A stretch of 64,000 bases of DNA from Eledone cirrhosa (GCA_964016885.1 OZ024741.1:67022001-67086000); one strand, 5' to 3'. Counted from the first letter of the stretch, positions 39,721 to 54,198 are shown. Made by a program: numbers and translations. The notes: generated by a model not told the origin, from the letters alone.

Positions 39721-41105
39721 GTTTGGCGGTGGATTGGCAGTATCGTGAGAGGGTCGGCGCCATGCTTTGCAGCATGGAGTTACGGGCCTTTACGATCTGG
39801 CTTCTGTACTGAGGCAATCAGTATGAAATGAGTGAGCGAGTCATGTCATGTATGCGTTCATGTCCCTTACGTCGATAGTTACAGGGTGGACTAGCGTGAG
39901 ATAAATTTGTCGCTTATACAGGAAGAAATATGGTAGAAGTTAAATGTAGATGGAGCTATTCGGAGCGAAGTTCTTTACAATTATATAAAATATGAATACA
40001 CACCTGAATATCCAGTCAAATACACGCGCACATTTCCTTCGAATGAAACAATTCTAGTCTTGTAGAAGCCATTTCTATATTAATTATTTATACTCTACTA
40101 TGTATTGAGTACCTTACTTACTGTGGTTACCCCGATTAAACCCGGGATACACATGTATATATATATATATATACTATGTTAAGGCATCAATACATATTTA
40201 ATATGTAAGAAATGATCATGTTTCTTAATAAAAAAGCTCAATGGACCTTAGTTCAGAACATTGATTATTTAAATTTAAAAGATATATGTAGAGAGAAAGA
40301 AGCATATCTGTTTTGAGAAACACATAGTATTTTGTACACATATATAGAGGAAATAATATGCAGAAAATTATACATAGTTTAAGATGGTGAAAAAGTCATT
40401 TTTGCTATGCAACCCTGTTTCCTAGAATTAAGCAAAAATATCGATCTAAGTAATCGATAATCAATTACCAACTATCGATTTTGGCAATGCACCGAAAGAC
40501 ACGTAATAATCATCAGTAAAAGTGTCTTAATATATGTCCCCACCTGTACAAAATAGCTTTATATCTGCCGAGTGCAGAGAGTTTCTTTAAAACATTTGAC
40601 GACATGGGAAATATAAGTAGTAGGAGCTAGAAAGAGCTCCAAAAAACCAGTCCCAGTTAATTCAACTCAACAAATTAATAAATTTAGAGTCGTTATATAC
40701 TATGTTAAGGTATGAATATATATTCAATATGCATGATGAAAAATTTTCTCAATAAAAGAAGCTTAACAGATCTTAGGTGAGAGCATCAATTATTTAAAAT
40801 AAAAATAAATATGTAGAGAGAAAGTATCATATATCGTTTGAGAAACACAGTATTTTGTACACATATATATTGAGCACTATAGTACCAGTAATACACTGGA
40901 TAATTGCTGGCCTTGTGCCAAAACTAGAAACAAATATATATGTGTAAAAAGTATTGTTTTTCAAACGATGTATGCTACTTTTTCTCAACATATATATTTT
41001 AAATTTAAGTATATATATATATACACATACATACACACGCACACACACACATATATATTTATATATATATATATATTTATACATATATATATTTATATAT
41101 ATATT

Positions 41106-41136
<31 letters not shown>

Positions 41137-41247
41137 ATTTATATATATATATGTGTATGTACATGTTTATATGTATATATATATATATATCATAAATCAT
41201 GTCCTTAGAATTATTAGATAAAATATATACCATTTGTATATGTAAAT

Positions 41248-41294
<47 letters not shown>

Positions 41295-41425
41295 AACGAG
41301 TAGGTCCTACTCGTTCCTATTACCCACTCTACTACCCTAAGTATTGAGTACTTTGGTGCGTTATGGTCCACTTGGTTCCTTACCACATTTCCTTCGTAAT
41401 ATATATATATATATATATATCTTTA

Positions 41426-41519
<94 letters not shown>

Positions 41520-42292
41520 GGTGTGTGTTTATGTTTATCAATTTTTGTATTTGTATAAAATTTCGTATACAATTTCATAAACAGCAACTATCAAGAATCA
41601 CCAACACGCTACCCTTGTTTAAATGCTGCAGTTGATAAGTTACGATGTTCAGCAAAATTTAGACAACTCAATGATTTTTAAACAACCTTTCTTCATATGT
41701 TGTTGTACATAGCAACATTATTAGATATAGCAGTAGTTGAGAGATGAAGATGGTGAGACTTTAAACGTAATATTGAAGACATGACTGAGAGAGAAAGACG
41801 AGGCTGACGGAGAGAGAGAGAGAGGGGGGGGGGGGGCAGACAGAGTGAGGGAGGGTGAGGTAGAGAGTCATTAACAGGTACAGTCAAGAAAATCAATTCA
41901 GCTACCTATAAATAGTTTTACTGAAAATTAAAATAAAACACAATAAAATGTGGTACCATGTGATGCTTTGTGATAGTAATAGAGTTCATTTTTCCGTTTG
42001 GTTTTCCATTTCTTTTTATTTTCCATTCATTGGCTGTATCAGAATATTTAATGCGATTTCGATGGAATAATGATACACTTGGGATTCTATAATCATCTTT
42101 AACAAATATTACATTCTTGCGAAACCAATTACTGTACGCAAGTACCCCATGTTTACAAGATTCGGTTTACAAGTGTTTGCGTAAACAATATTGTATTTAA
42201 TCAAAATCTCACTGACATATATGCGCGTTACGGTGCATATAATACAAACTCATGCGTGTCCCCACAGACATATGTATATATATGTATATACA

Positions 42293-42386
<94 letters not shown>

Positions 42387-42387
<1 letters not shown>

Positions 42388-42446
42388 AGTGTAAACAAAG
42401 TTTCATACACTTAACATGTTAAGTGTATGAAACTTTGTTTACACTA
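42387..42446. repeat. Perfect 60-bp palindrome
   Basis: TAGTGTAAACAAAGTTTCATACACTTAACA|TGTTAAGTGTATGAAACTTTGTTTACACTA. Confidence 0.95.
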
Positions 42447-42542
42447 AATAAGCTCACTTCCAACAGATCAAGCACTGTTTTCCTCTACGAATTTCTACCA
42501 ACGAATATATATATATACATATATATATAATACATACATACA

Positions 42543-42698
<156 letters not shown>

Positions 42699-42845
42699 GA
42701 GAGAGATAATACATTTGATCCGTTCGTGTTCATCACTCTGTTATTGTTCCTCAATTGTACATATTGATCTACTAACACTTTTGAACGCTGTATTAATCTC
42801 TCGACGTTATACACAGTCCAGACACTGATGTAAATATACAGGTAT

Positions 42846-43142
42846 AATAATTGTTTCTACTTTTGGCACAAGGCCAGCAATTATCCAGTGAATTACTGGT
42901 ACTTTATTTTATCGATCCCGTAAGGATGAAAGGCAAAGTTAACCTCGGCGGGATTTGAACTTAGACTGCAAAGGGCCGTAACTCTATGCTGCAAAGCATG
43001 GCGTCCGACCCTCTACCGATACTGCCAATCCCCAGCCCTTATGCATGTATAATAATTGTTTCTACGTTAGGCACAAGGCCAGCAATTACCCAGTGCATTA
43101 CTGGTACTTTATTTTATCGACCCCGTAAGGATGAAAGGCAAA
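42846..43142 (-). mobile_element. SINE (42846-43038) plus a SINE 3' fragment (43050-43142)
   Basis: Shared core and pol III boxes. Confidence 0.88.
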
Positions 43143-43938
43143 AATAATGAAATATATGACACAACAATGGAATATTACATCGATTTATTAGTAACGTCAT
43201 TGCTGTTATTCGGATTTCGATGTATCAGTTATGCAATAGATACGACCTCATTAGGCAGGTATTATGTATATATTTTTAATTTATAGACCGATATACCCAG
43301 GGCGACTGTTATAATGTTGCTCCTTCAGGGCCATATTGATATATGGATCTCAGTAAAAGACTCTCTTCCTAGCGCCCTGTGGGACGATCGATGCTCAATC
43401 ATTGGTTGTATATCGTTCACATATGACCAGTTCTCATCAATGTGACCACCCAATAAATGATTAGTAGGTTATTTAACATTTTATGGGTATTTCAAAATTA
43501 TTAGTCGACGTCTTTCAGATGTTATGTGTTGCGGTTTATTGGTATAAACTCCGTTTCTTGGTGGGCGGTGAGGGTTATATATCTACCACAGTTTGAATAA
43601 CCTAATAGCACAATCACAAATGTGCTATAAAGCCATACTATATGATGGGAAATAGTAAGGGTAGATGCTGCACAATAGAACAATATCAACAATGACAACA
43701 ACAGTAACAGTTGTAATACAACAACTGCAACAATATTGATAGATGGAGGATGGTTAAGTATGAAAAACAAAAGAAAATATTTATGCGATCGTATTTTAGA
43801 TGAAGCATCTCCTGTGTTACAATGCCATTTTAGAGGGCAAAGAACATAAGAATGGATATGAATGTAATTAAATATGAATAGATATGAATGGAATTAAAGA
43901 AGAATGAAAATAAAATAGGAAATACACATAAGGCCGAA

Positions 43939-44421
43939 TCTAAACTATAATAAAGTAAGGGGCGCGGGACTGCGTACGGTTTATAATTTTTTTTATTCCA
44001 TTAGTAAAATAAGTTGGATTACTTTGAATAAATAATGAATGAATATTACGCTAATTTATCTACTAAATTTCGTGGCTGTTGATTAAATATATTTTGTTTA
44101 TTTAAAGATTAACTTCTTTAAAATTTCTGAAATGTCAACACTTCCGGTTGGCTCTCGATTAAATAAACATACTAATTTTCTGTCACTAATTTTCTCCTAA
44201 TGCAGTTTATATATAATATCCTCTTTTTTTAATGTATCATGGATTACGTTACTGATTACAGAAGACAGTGTAACACAGTCTTCGTTCAATTTCTGTTTAT
44301 ATTGTCAATTACGATTTTATTTGATGTATCATATCTACATGTATTTATACCTGCGTATAATATCAATATACACACTACACATGGTAGCAAAAAACTACCC
44401 GAGGGGTGGTTTTTCTGCTAG
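43939..44421 (+). mobile_element. Non-autonomous Helitron, family A, second copy
   Basis: A|TCTAAACTATAATAAAG start, hairpin, CTAG|T end. Colinear with 17659-18180. Confidence 0.8.
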
Positions 44422-44597
44422 TAAATATAAAAGAAGACATCGATGTATACATGTAAGAATTTAAAGTAGAAGATGAGAAAAGGAAACGTATGCGTGCTAT
44501 ACTATTGGTACTATAACCTAAGGTGTGCAGGTGATAAGTCTAGTAGGATTCGGTATTTAAGTGTATGGTCGGAATCTATTTCTATCATAAGCCCTAC

Positions 44598-44674
<77 letters not shown>

Positions 44675-44914
44675 TACTCAATACTTAGGGTAGTAGAGTG
44701 GGAAATAGGAAAAAGTAAGACCCCGACGGCAGAGCTCAAGCCGTTTCGACGGCTATTTCAGTCCAGAAATAGCCGTCGAAACGGCTTGAGCTCTGCCGTC
44801 GGGGTCATACTTATTCCTATTTCCCACTCTACTACCCTAAGTATTGAGTACTCTGGTGCGTTATGGTCCATCTGGTTCCTTACCACAATTCCTTTGTTAT
44901 ATATATATATATAT

Positions 44915-45770
44915 AATGGAAAAATTTGAACAGGGACAAAACAGTATATATATATTTATTAAAATAACAGATTAAAGTTTAAGCAAAGAATCGCTGCTTT
45001 CACCCTTAACGGGATCTTCTGAAACTAACAAAGTCAATCTGTAAACGCAGAGCTGGATATTTCAAAAAACGTTACAATCGGAGGAAGACAGGAAGACGAT
45101 ACTTTGGTTCGTGGTAACGTTCGCTGGCAAAGAACGGGAAAAAACGAATAATACGTCATTAATAGGAGCGGTGAAAAACTATTACGCGCAAAGACAAAAC
45201 CACGTTTATGGTATAAAAGAGGTCGTAGACTAATGTAATTCCTTTGGTCTCCTAGTTAGAATTTTAGTCTACGATTTCTGCTATACCATTTATGTGATTT
45301 TGTCTTTGCGTGCTATTGTTCTCCACGCTCCACATATGACTTATTATCTTCGTTTTTTCGCTCATTGCCAGAGAACGTCTCTATGCACCACCTAAGAGAA
45401 CATTAGTCTACGACCTCTTTTATACCATAAACGTGGTTTTGTCTTTGCGCGTAATAGTTTTTCACCGCTCCTATTAATGACGTATTATTCATTTTTTCCC
45501 GTTCTTTGCCAGCGAACGTTACCACGAACCAAAGTATCGTCTTCCTGTCTTCCTCCGGTTGTAACGTTTTTTGAAATATCCAGTTCTGCGTTTACAGATT
45601 GACTTTGTTAGTTTCAGAAGATCTCGTTAAGGGTGAAAGCAGCGATTCTTTGCTTAAACTTTAATCTGTTATTTTAATAAATATTTGCTCTACGGTTCTT
45701 ATATATTTGATATATATTTTCCTTATCGAGCCCTCTTTGGATTTTAGTCTTCAATTTTATTATTATTACT
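44915..45770. mobile_element. pLTR remnant with inverted arms (44955-45233 and 45403-45685), same family as 836-1660
   Basis: Inverted repeat plus an internal diverged tandem unit. HHR-like CAGAAGA tC(C/T)C-gttaa-GGGt GAAA at 45615-45638. Fragments also at 12448 and 48343-48403. Confidence 0.75.
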
Positions 45771-46289
45771 ATATATATATATATATATATATAAGTGTTT
45801 AATTACCATACAACATTAACAGGTTGGGGTATATTTTTATCATAAGTCCTACGTTTCTAAATATATATATATATAAATACAAATAAATTATCGAGAATCG
45901 GAACCTCGGCCCACGAAATAACGAAACACAATCTTCGAAATGTGTGGCAAAGTGCTCAATAATTTGGATAAACCAGAGCTATAACTAACGTTTAATACCA
46001 ACACACTGAGACGAAGCTTAAACAATCATTCGCACAGCCAAAAACACGACCAAGAAAATTCGGGTCAGACAAATAAAAATATATATGAATGACAAATTTA
46101 CCCGGACCCCTGGAAAGATGGTTATATATATAAAAGTCTTTAACTACCACCAAACAATAACAACAGCAGCCGAAGAAGCAACATCAATAACAGCAGTTAA
46201 AGAAATAATTTTACTTCAATTCATGCTTATCATTCTTATATATCCTTATAGGCACCTTATATATATATATATATATAAATATATATATG

Positions 46290-46321
<32 letters not shown>

Positions 46322-46324
<3 letters not shown>

Positions 46325-47320
46325 AAAGTTCTATTTAAATTGTTGGGATACAACAAGCAAATATTTTTATAACTGATATAAAGCACTCAAAAAGTACTTG
46401 GAGTAAAACATACGATATTAACAAATGGAAACTATATTTATAAAACCATATTTATTTCATTATACATATTTCAAGGACACCAAGTTAAATTATGGTGTGC
46501 TTATTAGATCAGTTTTATAAATAAATATTGACATACCCTTAAAAAATGCAACCATTACTGTTGGAAGCTCCTGGATCGTGGAGTTGTTTACTTATATTAT
46601 TATTAGTATTGGATATTTTTATTTTAAATAAGCCGCTGGGTTACAGAGAAAGAAAAAGAAGGAGAGAGAGAAAAAGAGAGAAAGAAAGAAAAAAGAGAGA
46701 AAAAGAGAGAGAAAAGAGAGAGAGATACCAAAACAACAGAGAGAGGAGACAGAGAGAAGGGGAGATAACGAAAACTCTTAGTCATATCTTGTTGAGTTAA
46801 CTTAACAATTGAGATGAAATGAATAAATAAAATTAGAAATGTTAATAATCATGAATGGAATATACATATATAATATGAGAAATTAATCATTGTTTAAATA
46901 TGATTACATGTTTAGTTATCTCCCCTTCTCTCTTTCTCCTCTCTCTCTATATATATATCTTTCTCTCTCTGTTGTTTTGGTATCTCTCTCTTTTTCTCTC
47001 TTTTTTTCTCTCTTTTTTTTTCTTTCTCTCTTTTCTCTCTCTCCTTCTTTTTCTTTCTCTGTAACCCAACGGCTTATTTTAAAAATAAAAATATCCAATA
47101 CTAATAACAATATAAGTAAACAACTCCACTATCCGGGAGCTTCCAACAGTAATGGTTGCATTTTTTAAGGGTATGTCAATATTTATTTATAAAACTGATC
47201 TATATTATATTTTGTCTGATGAAAGCACACCATAAATTTAACTTGGTGTCCTTGAAATATGTATAATGAAATAAATATTTGTTTTATAAATATAGTTTCC
47301 ATTTGTATAATATCGTATAT
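46322..47320. mobile_element. Inverted pLTR pair of the 12.5/15.3-kb family
   Basis: About 46410-46770 is the reverse complement of about 46915-47318. Confidence 0.8.
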
Positions 47321-48912
47321 ATATATATTTATATATTACATATATATTCATTCAACCCACTTTAAATTATCCTAACCTTTTAAATCACCGAACTATACAT
47401 TTTAATACTAACACGAAATAAATTTGTTGATAAATCACGTTACTACAATTTGATAACCTGACTAGCAAACATTAATTCTGTACGCTAACATCCAAAATTC
47501 TATTGTATTTGGATGTTCTATAAGTCTATAAATATCTATCCAATGAACATTTTGAACATTTCAAACGTTCCTTCCTAGCATCAATTGTGTGCCAATGGCT
47601 CTTTATTAGCTTAGTGTTATCGAAAGCTATTTCGCAAGAAACTGAAAACTATTTCTTTTTCTCCTATTAATGGCGAAAGTGCTTTATCTTATATATTAAA
47701 TCTTGTACATCCTTTCATTTTATTTATTTATCTATTTATTTATCTATTTATTTATTATCTATATATACATATGTATATATATACCCCGCGGGCATTGGGC
47801 TGGCAGAACTGGTAGAGAACCGATAAAATAAGAATGCGGTATTTGATATGGCTCTTTACATTCTGAGTTCAAATCCCTCCGGGGTTCATTTTACTTTTCA
47901 TCATTCTGGGGTTGATCAAATATACCAGTTAAGTACTGGGATTGATTGAATCAAGTTTGCCTTTCACCCAAATTTGGTGGTCTTGTAGAAATCAATATAT
48001 ATGTCTCCACACATTTCAGCATTTCATTTTATTTCTCTTCTTTCTAGGCATGCCTCCTTTATTTTTATTGCACTATTACTTTTACATCTAGTCTAATATC
48101 AAAATAGATTGAAAGCGTTAAACATTTTAAATGTTATATTATATATTATAAGTGTTTGGAATTTAGAAACTCACTATTTATAAGCTTCGTGTTGACAATA
48201 TATATAACAACTGTAAAAGTAAGTGATTTGTAATAAAGTATTAGTTGTATCAAAAAGCGGGCAAAGCTAAGCTCAGAATAATGATGATTTTATTGTGTAT
48301 ATATATGTGTGTGTGTGTGTGTGTGCGTGTGTTTATTATAGGGACAGATCAAAGTTTAAGCAAAGAATCGCTGCTTTCGCCCTTAAATGGGATCTTCTCA
48401 AACTCATATATATATATATGTCTCCACATATTTCAGCATTTCATTTTATTTCTCTCCTTTCTATATATACATACATAGATATGTATATGTATATATATAT
48501 GTATATATATATGTATATATTATTTATATGTATATCAGTAGAACCCTCTTCAACTTTCTCTAAGCGTGAACCTAATAAGACGTTGTATCTTTGCATCCCT
48601 GTGTCATTGTTTTATTTGTTCATCTAAATATATTATACACATATATAGAAGTTTCATCGCCCAATATATGGGTCGTTTTTGTTAGCAAAAGAAATGATGA
48701 GGAATCTTTATAACGACGATTTCTCTAGTTTTTCTTCAATTTGTTTTTACGACTTTCCAGTTCGGTTTAAATGTTCATGAAATTGTTGCAATGCTTTCAT
48801 TTAAATCTGCTGCAAGCTCCAGGACAGCTGTGAGAGGATTTGCTTTCACCAAATCCTTCAATTCACCATCGTCAATATCAGAAGAACCTCTGCAACATTC
48901 CTTCACTTAAAT

Positions 48913-49213
48913 CAGAGGTTCTGAAAGTAGGCGCTACCGGCCCCTCCCGGAGAAAGTCCAGAGATTATATAATAGTATATTAAATATCAAATGATACATA
49001 TCATATATAGTAAAATAAAGCATATATAATAAATAAAGCATATATATTATATTATTTATTATATATAAATTAACGATTTAATTTATTATATTATTTATAA
49101 TTTTAATGTAGGCAAGTCTCTCTGAAAATAGGGGAGATGGATGGCGCGCTGAGGGTATTACGTGGCCGTGATTGGGGCGGGGGGCGATGGCCCCACATAT
49201 TTGAGAACCTCTG
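48913..49213. mobile_element. hAT-superfamily MITE
   Basis: TIRs CAGAGGTTCTGAAA and TTTGAGAACCTCTG. 8-bp TSD ACTTAAAT at 48905-48912 and 49214-49221. Confidence 0.88.
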
Positions 49214-49224
49214 ACTTAAATAAT

Positions 49225-49375
49225 TGTTTCTACTTTTGGCACAAGACCAGCAATTATCCCAGTGTATTACTGGGACCCCGTAAGGATAAAAGGCAAAGTT
49301 AACCATAAAGGGCCATAACTCTTTGCTGCAAAGCATGGCGTCCGACTCTCTGCTGATACTGCCCCCTCCCCCTCT
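49225..49375 (-). mobile_element. Deleted SINE with 13-bp TSD TGACTTAAATAAT
   Basis: SINE core and tail. TSD at 49212-49224 and 49376-49388. Confidence 0.8.
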
Positions 49376-49714
49376 TGACTTAAATAATGAATTCACAACG
49401 ACGTGACTTTTGAAGCCTGTGCATTCAATAACAATTCCTTTGCCATAAACATCATTGGTGTTTGTAGCAGTATGTTCTGTATCGCAGTCGAGTTTAAAAT
49501 CCTAGAAATAAATTTGACGAAAATCCTGTTTTAACATTTTAACTTCAATGATCTGGAAAACGACAAGGTGTCACTATAAACTTAATAACACTGAAAGAAA
49601 GGTATAATATAAGGTTTAAAATGAGACATAATTTTACACATCTTGCGTAAGTATTTATTCTTAAAAATGTTGAAACAAATAAAAACGTAAAACAAGCAAA
49701 TACCTTAAAATTTA

Positions 49715-49776
<62 letters not shown>

Positions 49777-49779
49777 TTC

Positions 49780-50600
49780 ACAAGAATCAAAGCTATGTTC
49801 AAAGCATTTATTCACTTACAATTGTTTCATCGAAACCTAGGCTTGGTGTCTTCGGAGCATTTTTCAATGTTTGTACACATGATTGACCTCCTTTCCAACG
49901 CAAGAGACATACAGATAAATATGTATATATTGATGTACAGTGGATTGACATATTTTATATTATATTATTTCTGTATAGCAATTCAAATTCAAAGTCAAAA
50001 TCAATATCAAAATTAAAACAAAATTAAAATAAAATTAAAATACATTCGGCAGTTAACATAGATAATGCAAGAGGATAGTTTGTTAGTCAGATGTAGTAGT
50101 TATTGTATGCGTTAGTTACGTGTGTCCCATTTATCTGTGATTATTGTGTGGCAGGGTGTTACATGTAATACAACCACTTTACATGGGTAAGTAAGAGTAT
50201 TATGGAGGTTGTAGTGGTAAGATATTTTTTGTATATAATAAAAAAGTATGTGTGCAGAAAAATAGAAATAGAAAGGAGAAGCAAAAGGGAGTTATGGTTT
50301 TCGTATCCACCACCATTTTCACATTCAGGAATACCTTACCACTACAATCTCCATAATACTCTTACTTACCCACGTAAAGTGCTTGTATTACATGTAACAC
50401 CCTGACACACAATAATCATAGATAAATGGGACACATGTAACTAACGCATACAATAACTACTACATGTGACTAACAAACTATCCTCTTGCATTATCTATGT
50501 TAACTGCCGAATGTATTTTAATTTTGTTTTAATTTTGTTTTAATTTTGATATTGATTTTGACTTTGAATTTGAATTGCTATACGGAAATAATATAATATA
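49780..50600. repeat. Inverted repeat 49958-50222/50333-50600, probable pLTR
   Basis: Arms directly visible. The minus strand has HHR-like TTGAAAA..GAAACAATTGTA at 49817-49867. Confidence 0.75.
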
Positions 50601-50624
50601 ATATATGTTACCGTCGTGTTGTTG

Positions 50625-51305
50625 TCTGGTTCAGTACTATACGAACATGCCAGACAACAAGACGGTAACATAGACAACATAGAAATTAAAATAATATCTA
50701 AACATAGAAATTACCCAGCAGATAGGCAATTCAGAGAGGCCAGCGAAATAGAACTTAGTAGGCCAAGGCTAAACAGAAAAAAAATTAATGGAATAACAAC
50801 AACACCCAAACAAACAATACTGACCTAAGAGAAGTATAAATAAATAAAAAATAAATAAATAAATACATACACAAGCACAATAACAACAAACACATATAAA
50901 CACACACTAGTAAACTAAGATAGAATACAATAACCAATACACAGTCACCCAAACACAATACACGCACGCAAACGGATGCGCAGAGAAGAAGGCAAAAATA
51001 AATAAATAAATAAATGAATAGACTAAATAAAGATGGCGTAGGCATACAATACAACAGGAGGAAACATAATAGCACCACTGACGATGTTGCAGATGTGCAA
51101 CGAAAGAACTTTGTTAGACTATATATATGTGTTATATATGTGTATTTTTGACCGTTGGTCAGTCAATGGTAACATTGAGGACCGAATAAATAAAATTAAC
51201 CGATATAAAAGAGACAGAAGCGAAAACCAACCAAACAGTGAGTTGTATTCTGTTATTAATTCTGGCAGTATTATTACACAAATATGACCCTCCCCAAGTA
51301 TAACA
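50625..51305 (+). mobile_element. Extremely 5'-truncated PLE: end of GIY-YIG plus 3' pLTR
   Basis: SVLYEHARQQDGNIDNIEIKIISKH..DRQFREASEIELSRPRLNRK matches the S..EH..REA.EI....P.LN pattern. Confidence 0.75.
51075..51114 (+). ncRNA. Minimal HHR motif
   Basis: ca CTGACGA t GTTGCA-gatg-TGCAAC GAAA GAAC TT tg. Confidence 0.65.
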
Positions 51306-51342
51306 ATATATATATATATATATATATGTATATTTATATATC

Positions 51343-51483
<141 letters not shown>

Positions 51484-51514
51484 AGTGTAATTTTCTACAC
51501 AAAACGAAGGTTAT

Positions 51515-52131
51515 AGAGAAAATTGAGGTTGGTAATGGCACATGGAATATATAAGAGACAGAATACTTTTTTGTGAAAAAACATAATTTTATAAGGTAAG
51601 GAAATAATAAAGGGTATAAAAAATGACCGGTTTCGATGGGTCTGCAAAAGCCATCTTTTCAAATGTTGATTAATATTAAGAAAAATTAATAATACGAAGA
51701 GTTAAAATTTGAGATTTGAAAATTCAAGTATAAAATTCATTGTGGGATTTCATAGCAGTTTTCATCTAGGTAGCAACAACAGGTTGACTGCTGTGTCCCT
51801 TTCTGGTAGTGAATGAGAAGTTATTTGGGGTGTGGGTTATTTTATAAAGGTCAGATTTAGCAATCGCCAACTGGCCAGCTGCTGGTCAGTGAGGGGGTGG
51901 AAGCAATATACATACACATATCTTCCTGTGGTGGGTAGGAGAGTGGAGCGTGATAGAAAGGGATTTAGTGCACTTACACCTATATATACACACATACCTT
52001 CATCCACACATACATACATATACATATACATATACATATATATATATATACATATATATACATATACACACATACATACACACACACATACATACACATA
52101 CACACATACACACACACACATATATACACAT

Positions 52132-52180
<49 letters not shown>

Positions 52181-52219
52181 TATATATACATACACATACA
52201 TCCAGATACACACATACAT

Positions 52220-52291
<72 letters not shown>

Positions 52292-52828
52292 CCCCACACA
52301 TACATACACACACACACACATATATATATACATACACACATACAAACATACACACACACACACATATATACACATACACACACATATATATACACACACA
52401 CACACACACGCATATATATATATACACATACGCATACATCCAGATACACACATACATTCACACACACATTTTAATTTCACTGTCCCAACTTCTTATATTA
52501 TGGAAAAAATATATGCGTCTGTATGTATATATATATATATATTTGGAGGCCATTTCTCTCTGTGTGTGGGTGTATGTATGTGTATATGTGTGTGTGTGTG
52601 TATGTGTGTGCATGTGGATGTATGTATTGTGCGTGCGTGTGTGTGTGTGTGTGTATGTATGTGTGTATCTGGATGTATGCGTATGTGTATATATATATAT
52701 ATATGCGTGTGTGTGTGTGTGTGTATATATATATGTGTGTGTATGTGTATATATATGTGTGTGTGTGTGTATGTTTGTATGTGTGTATGTATATATATGT
52801 GTGTGTGTGTGTGTATGTATGTGTGGGG

Positions 52829-52872
<44 letters not shown>

Positions 52873-52937
52873 ATATATATATGTGTGTGTGTGTGTGTAT
52901 GTATGTGTGTATCTGGATGTATGTGTATGTATATATA

Positions 52938-52990
<53 letters not shown>

Positions 52991-53055
52991 ATGTGTATAT
53001 ATGTGTGTGTGTGTATGTGTGTATGTATATGTATGTGTGTGTGTATGTATGTGTG

Positions 53056-53098
<43 letters not shown>

Positions 53099-53590
53099 GT
53101 ATGTGTGGATGAAGGTATGTGTGTATATATAGGTGTAAGTGCACTAAATCCCTTTCTATCACGCTCCACTCTCCTTCCCACCACAGGAAGATATGTGTAT
53201 GTATATTGCTTCCACCCCCTCACTGACCAGCAGCTGGCCAGTTGGCGATTGCTAAATCTGACCTTTATAAAATGACCCATACCCCAAATAACTTCTCATT
53301 CACTACCAGAAAGGGACACAGCAGTCAACCTGTTGTTGCTACCTAGATGAAAACTGCTATGAAATCCCACAATGAATTTTATACTTGAATTTTCAAATCT
53401 CAAATTTTAACTCTTCGTATTATTAATTTTTCTTAATATTAATCAACATTTGAAAAGATGGCTTTTGCAGACCCATCGAAACCGGTCATTTTTAATACCC
53501 TTTATTATTTCCTTACCTTATAAAATTATGTTTTTTCACAAAAAAGTATTCTGTCTCTTATATATTCCATGTGCCACTACCAACCTCAAT

Positions 53591-53597
<7 letters not shown>
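51515..53597. repeat. Near-perfect palindrome of about 2.1 kb (two inverted pLTR-like arms of about 1 kb)
   Basis: 51515-52467 is the reverse complement of about 52640-53597, including the complex CA/TA microsatellite pattern. Confidence 0.93.
53445..53492 (+). ncRNA. Minimal HHR, U3-A8 variant (mirror copy at 51620-51667 minus)
   Basis: aacat TTGAAAA GATGG-cttttgcagac-CCATC GAAA CCGG TC atttt, with a GUC cleavage triplet. Confidence 0.7.
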
Positions 53598-53623
<26 letters not shown>

Positions 53624-53626
53624 TTA

Positions 53627-54198
53627 TCTTTATATATATAAAAGCGAGGATGTGTGTGTGTCTGTGTACAACTTTGCATGCATAAGGCTTTCACAATTAC
53701 CAACAGAATTTGACCAAATTTTCTGTACACGTTGCACAGGTCGCTAAGATTGTCACATTCCAAACATTTTTCAAATCGACCCACGTTGAGCAATAAAAAA
53801 TCGATATCAAAATTATCGGTAGCAACATTGATGTAAGGGATAACAAACTGTATTGACAAATCCTTATAAAAAAGGGAGATAACCAACTTTTCAGAAATAT
53901 AAACATCACATTCATTTGAAGATAAATCACTAATATTATCGTTTGTTTCTTGTTTATTCCTTGTTGCACTTTCGTTGTCTTTAATCATTTGTATAACTAC
54001 ATCCTGTTTAGTGTTTTCCTTCATTATCAGCATAGTTTTATGTGTACAAAGATTGCACTAAATATTCGTTTGCATTAATTATTGAAGACTTCTGCTTATT
54101 TTGACAGGTTGGGGACAAATAATGTTCTTCTTTTACTTCCTAGCTGTATAGTCTTAGCATAATTTCAAACCCCGAACAACGCCGGGCAAATCTTCTAG
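53627..54198 (+). mobile_element. Non-autonomous Helitron, family B
   Basis: A|TCTTTATATATATAAAAGCG followed by (GT)n at the 5' end. CCCG-aacaacgc-CGGG hairpin and CTAG|T at the 3' end. Confidence 0.7.

Larger units (their letters stand above)
48640..49535 (-). pseudogene. Mariner transposase remnant split by nested insertions
   Basis: KQDFRQIYF*DFKL..HTATNTNDVYGKG (49430-49535) and RGSSDIDDGELKDLVKANPLTAVLELAADLN (48800-48892) resemble the mariner N-terminal HTH region. Confidence 0.7.

Noticed and set aside
51832-53280. Long YI/HT/CV-rich ORFs
   Set aside because: Translations of CA/TA microsatellites in a palindrome.
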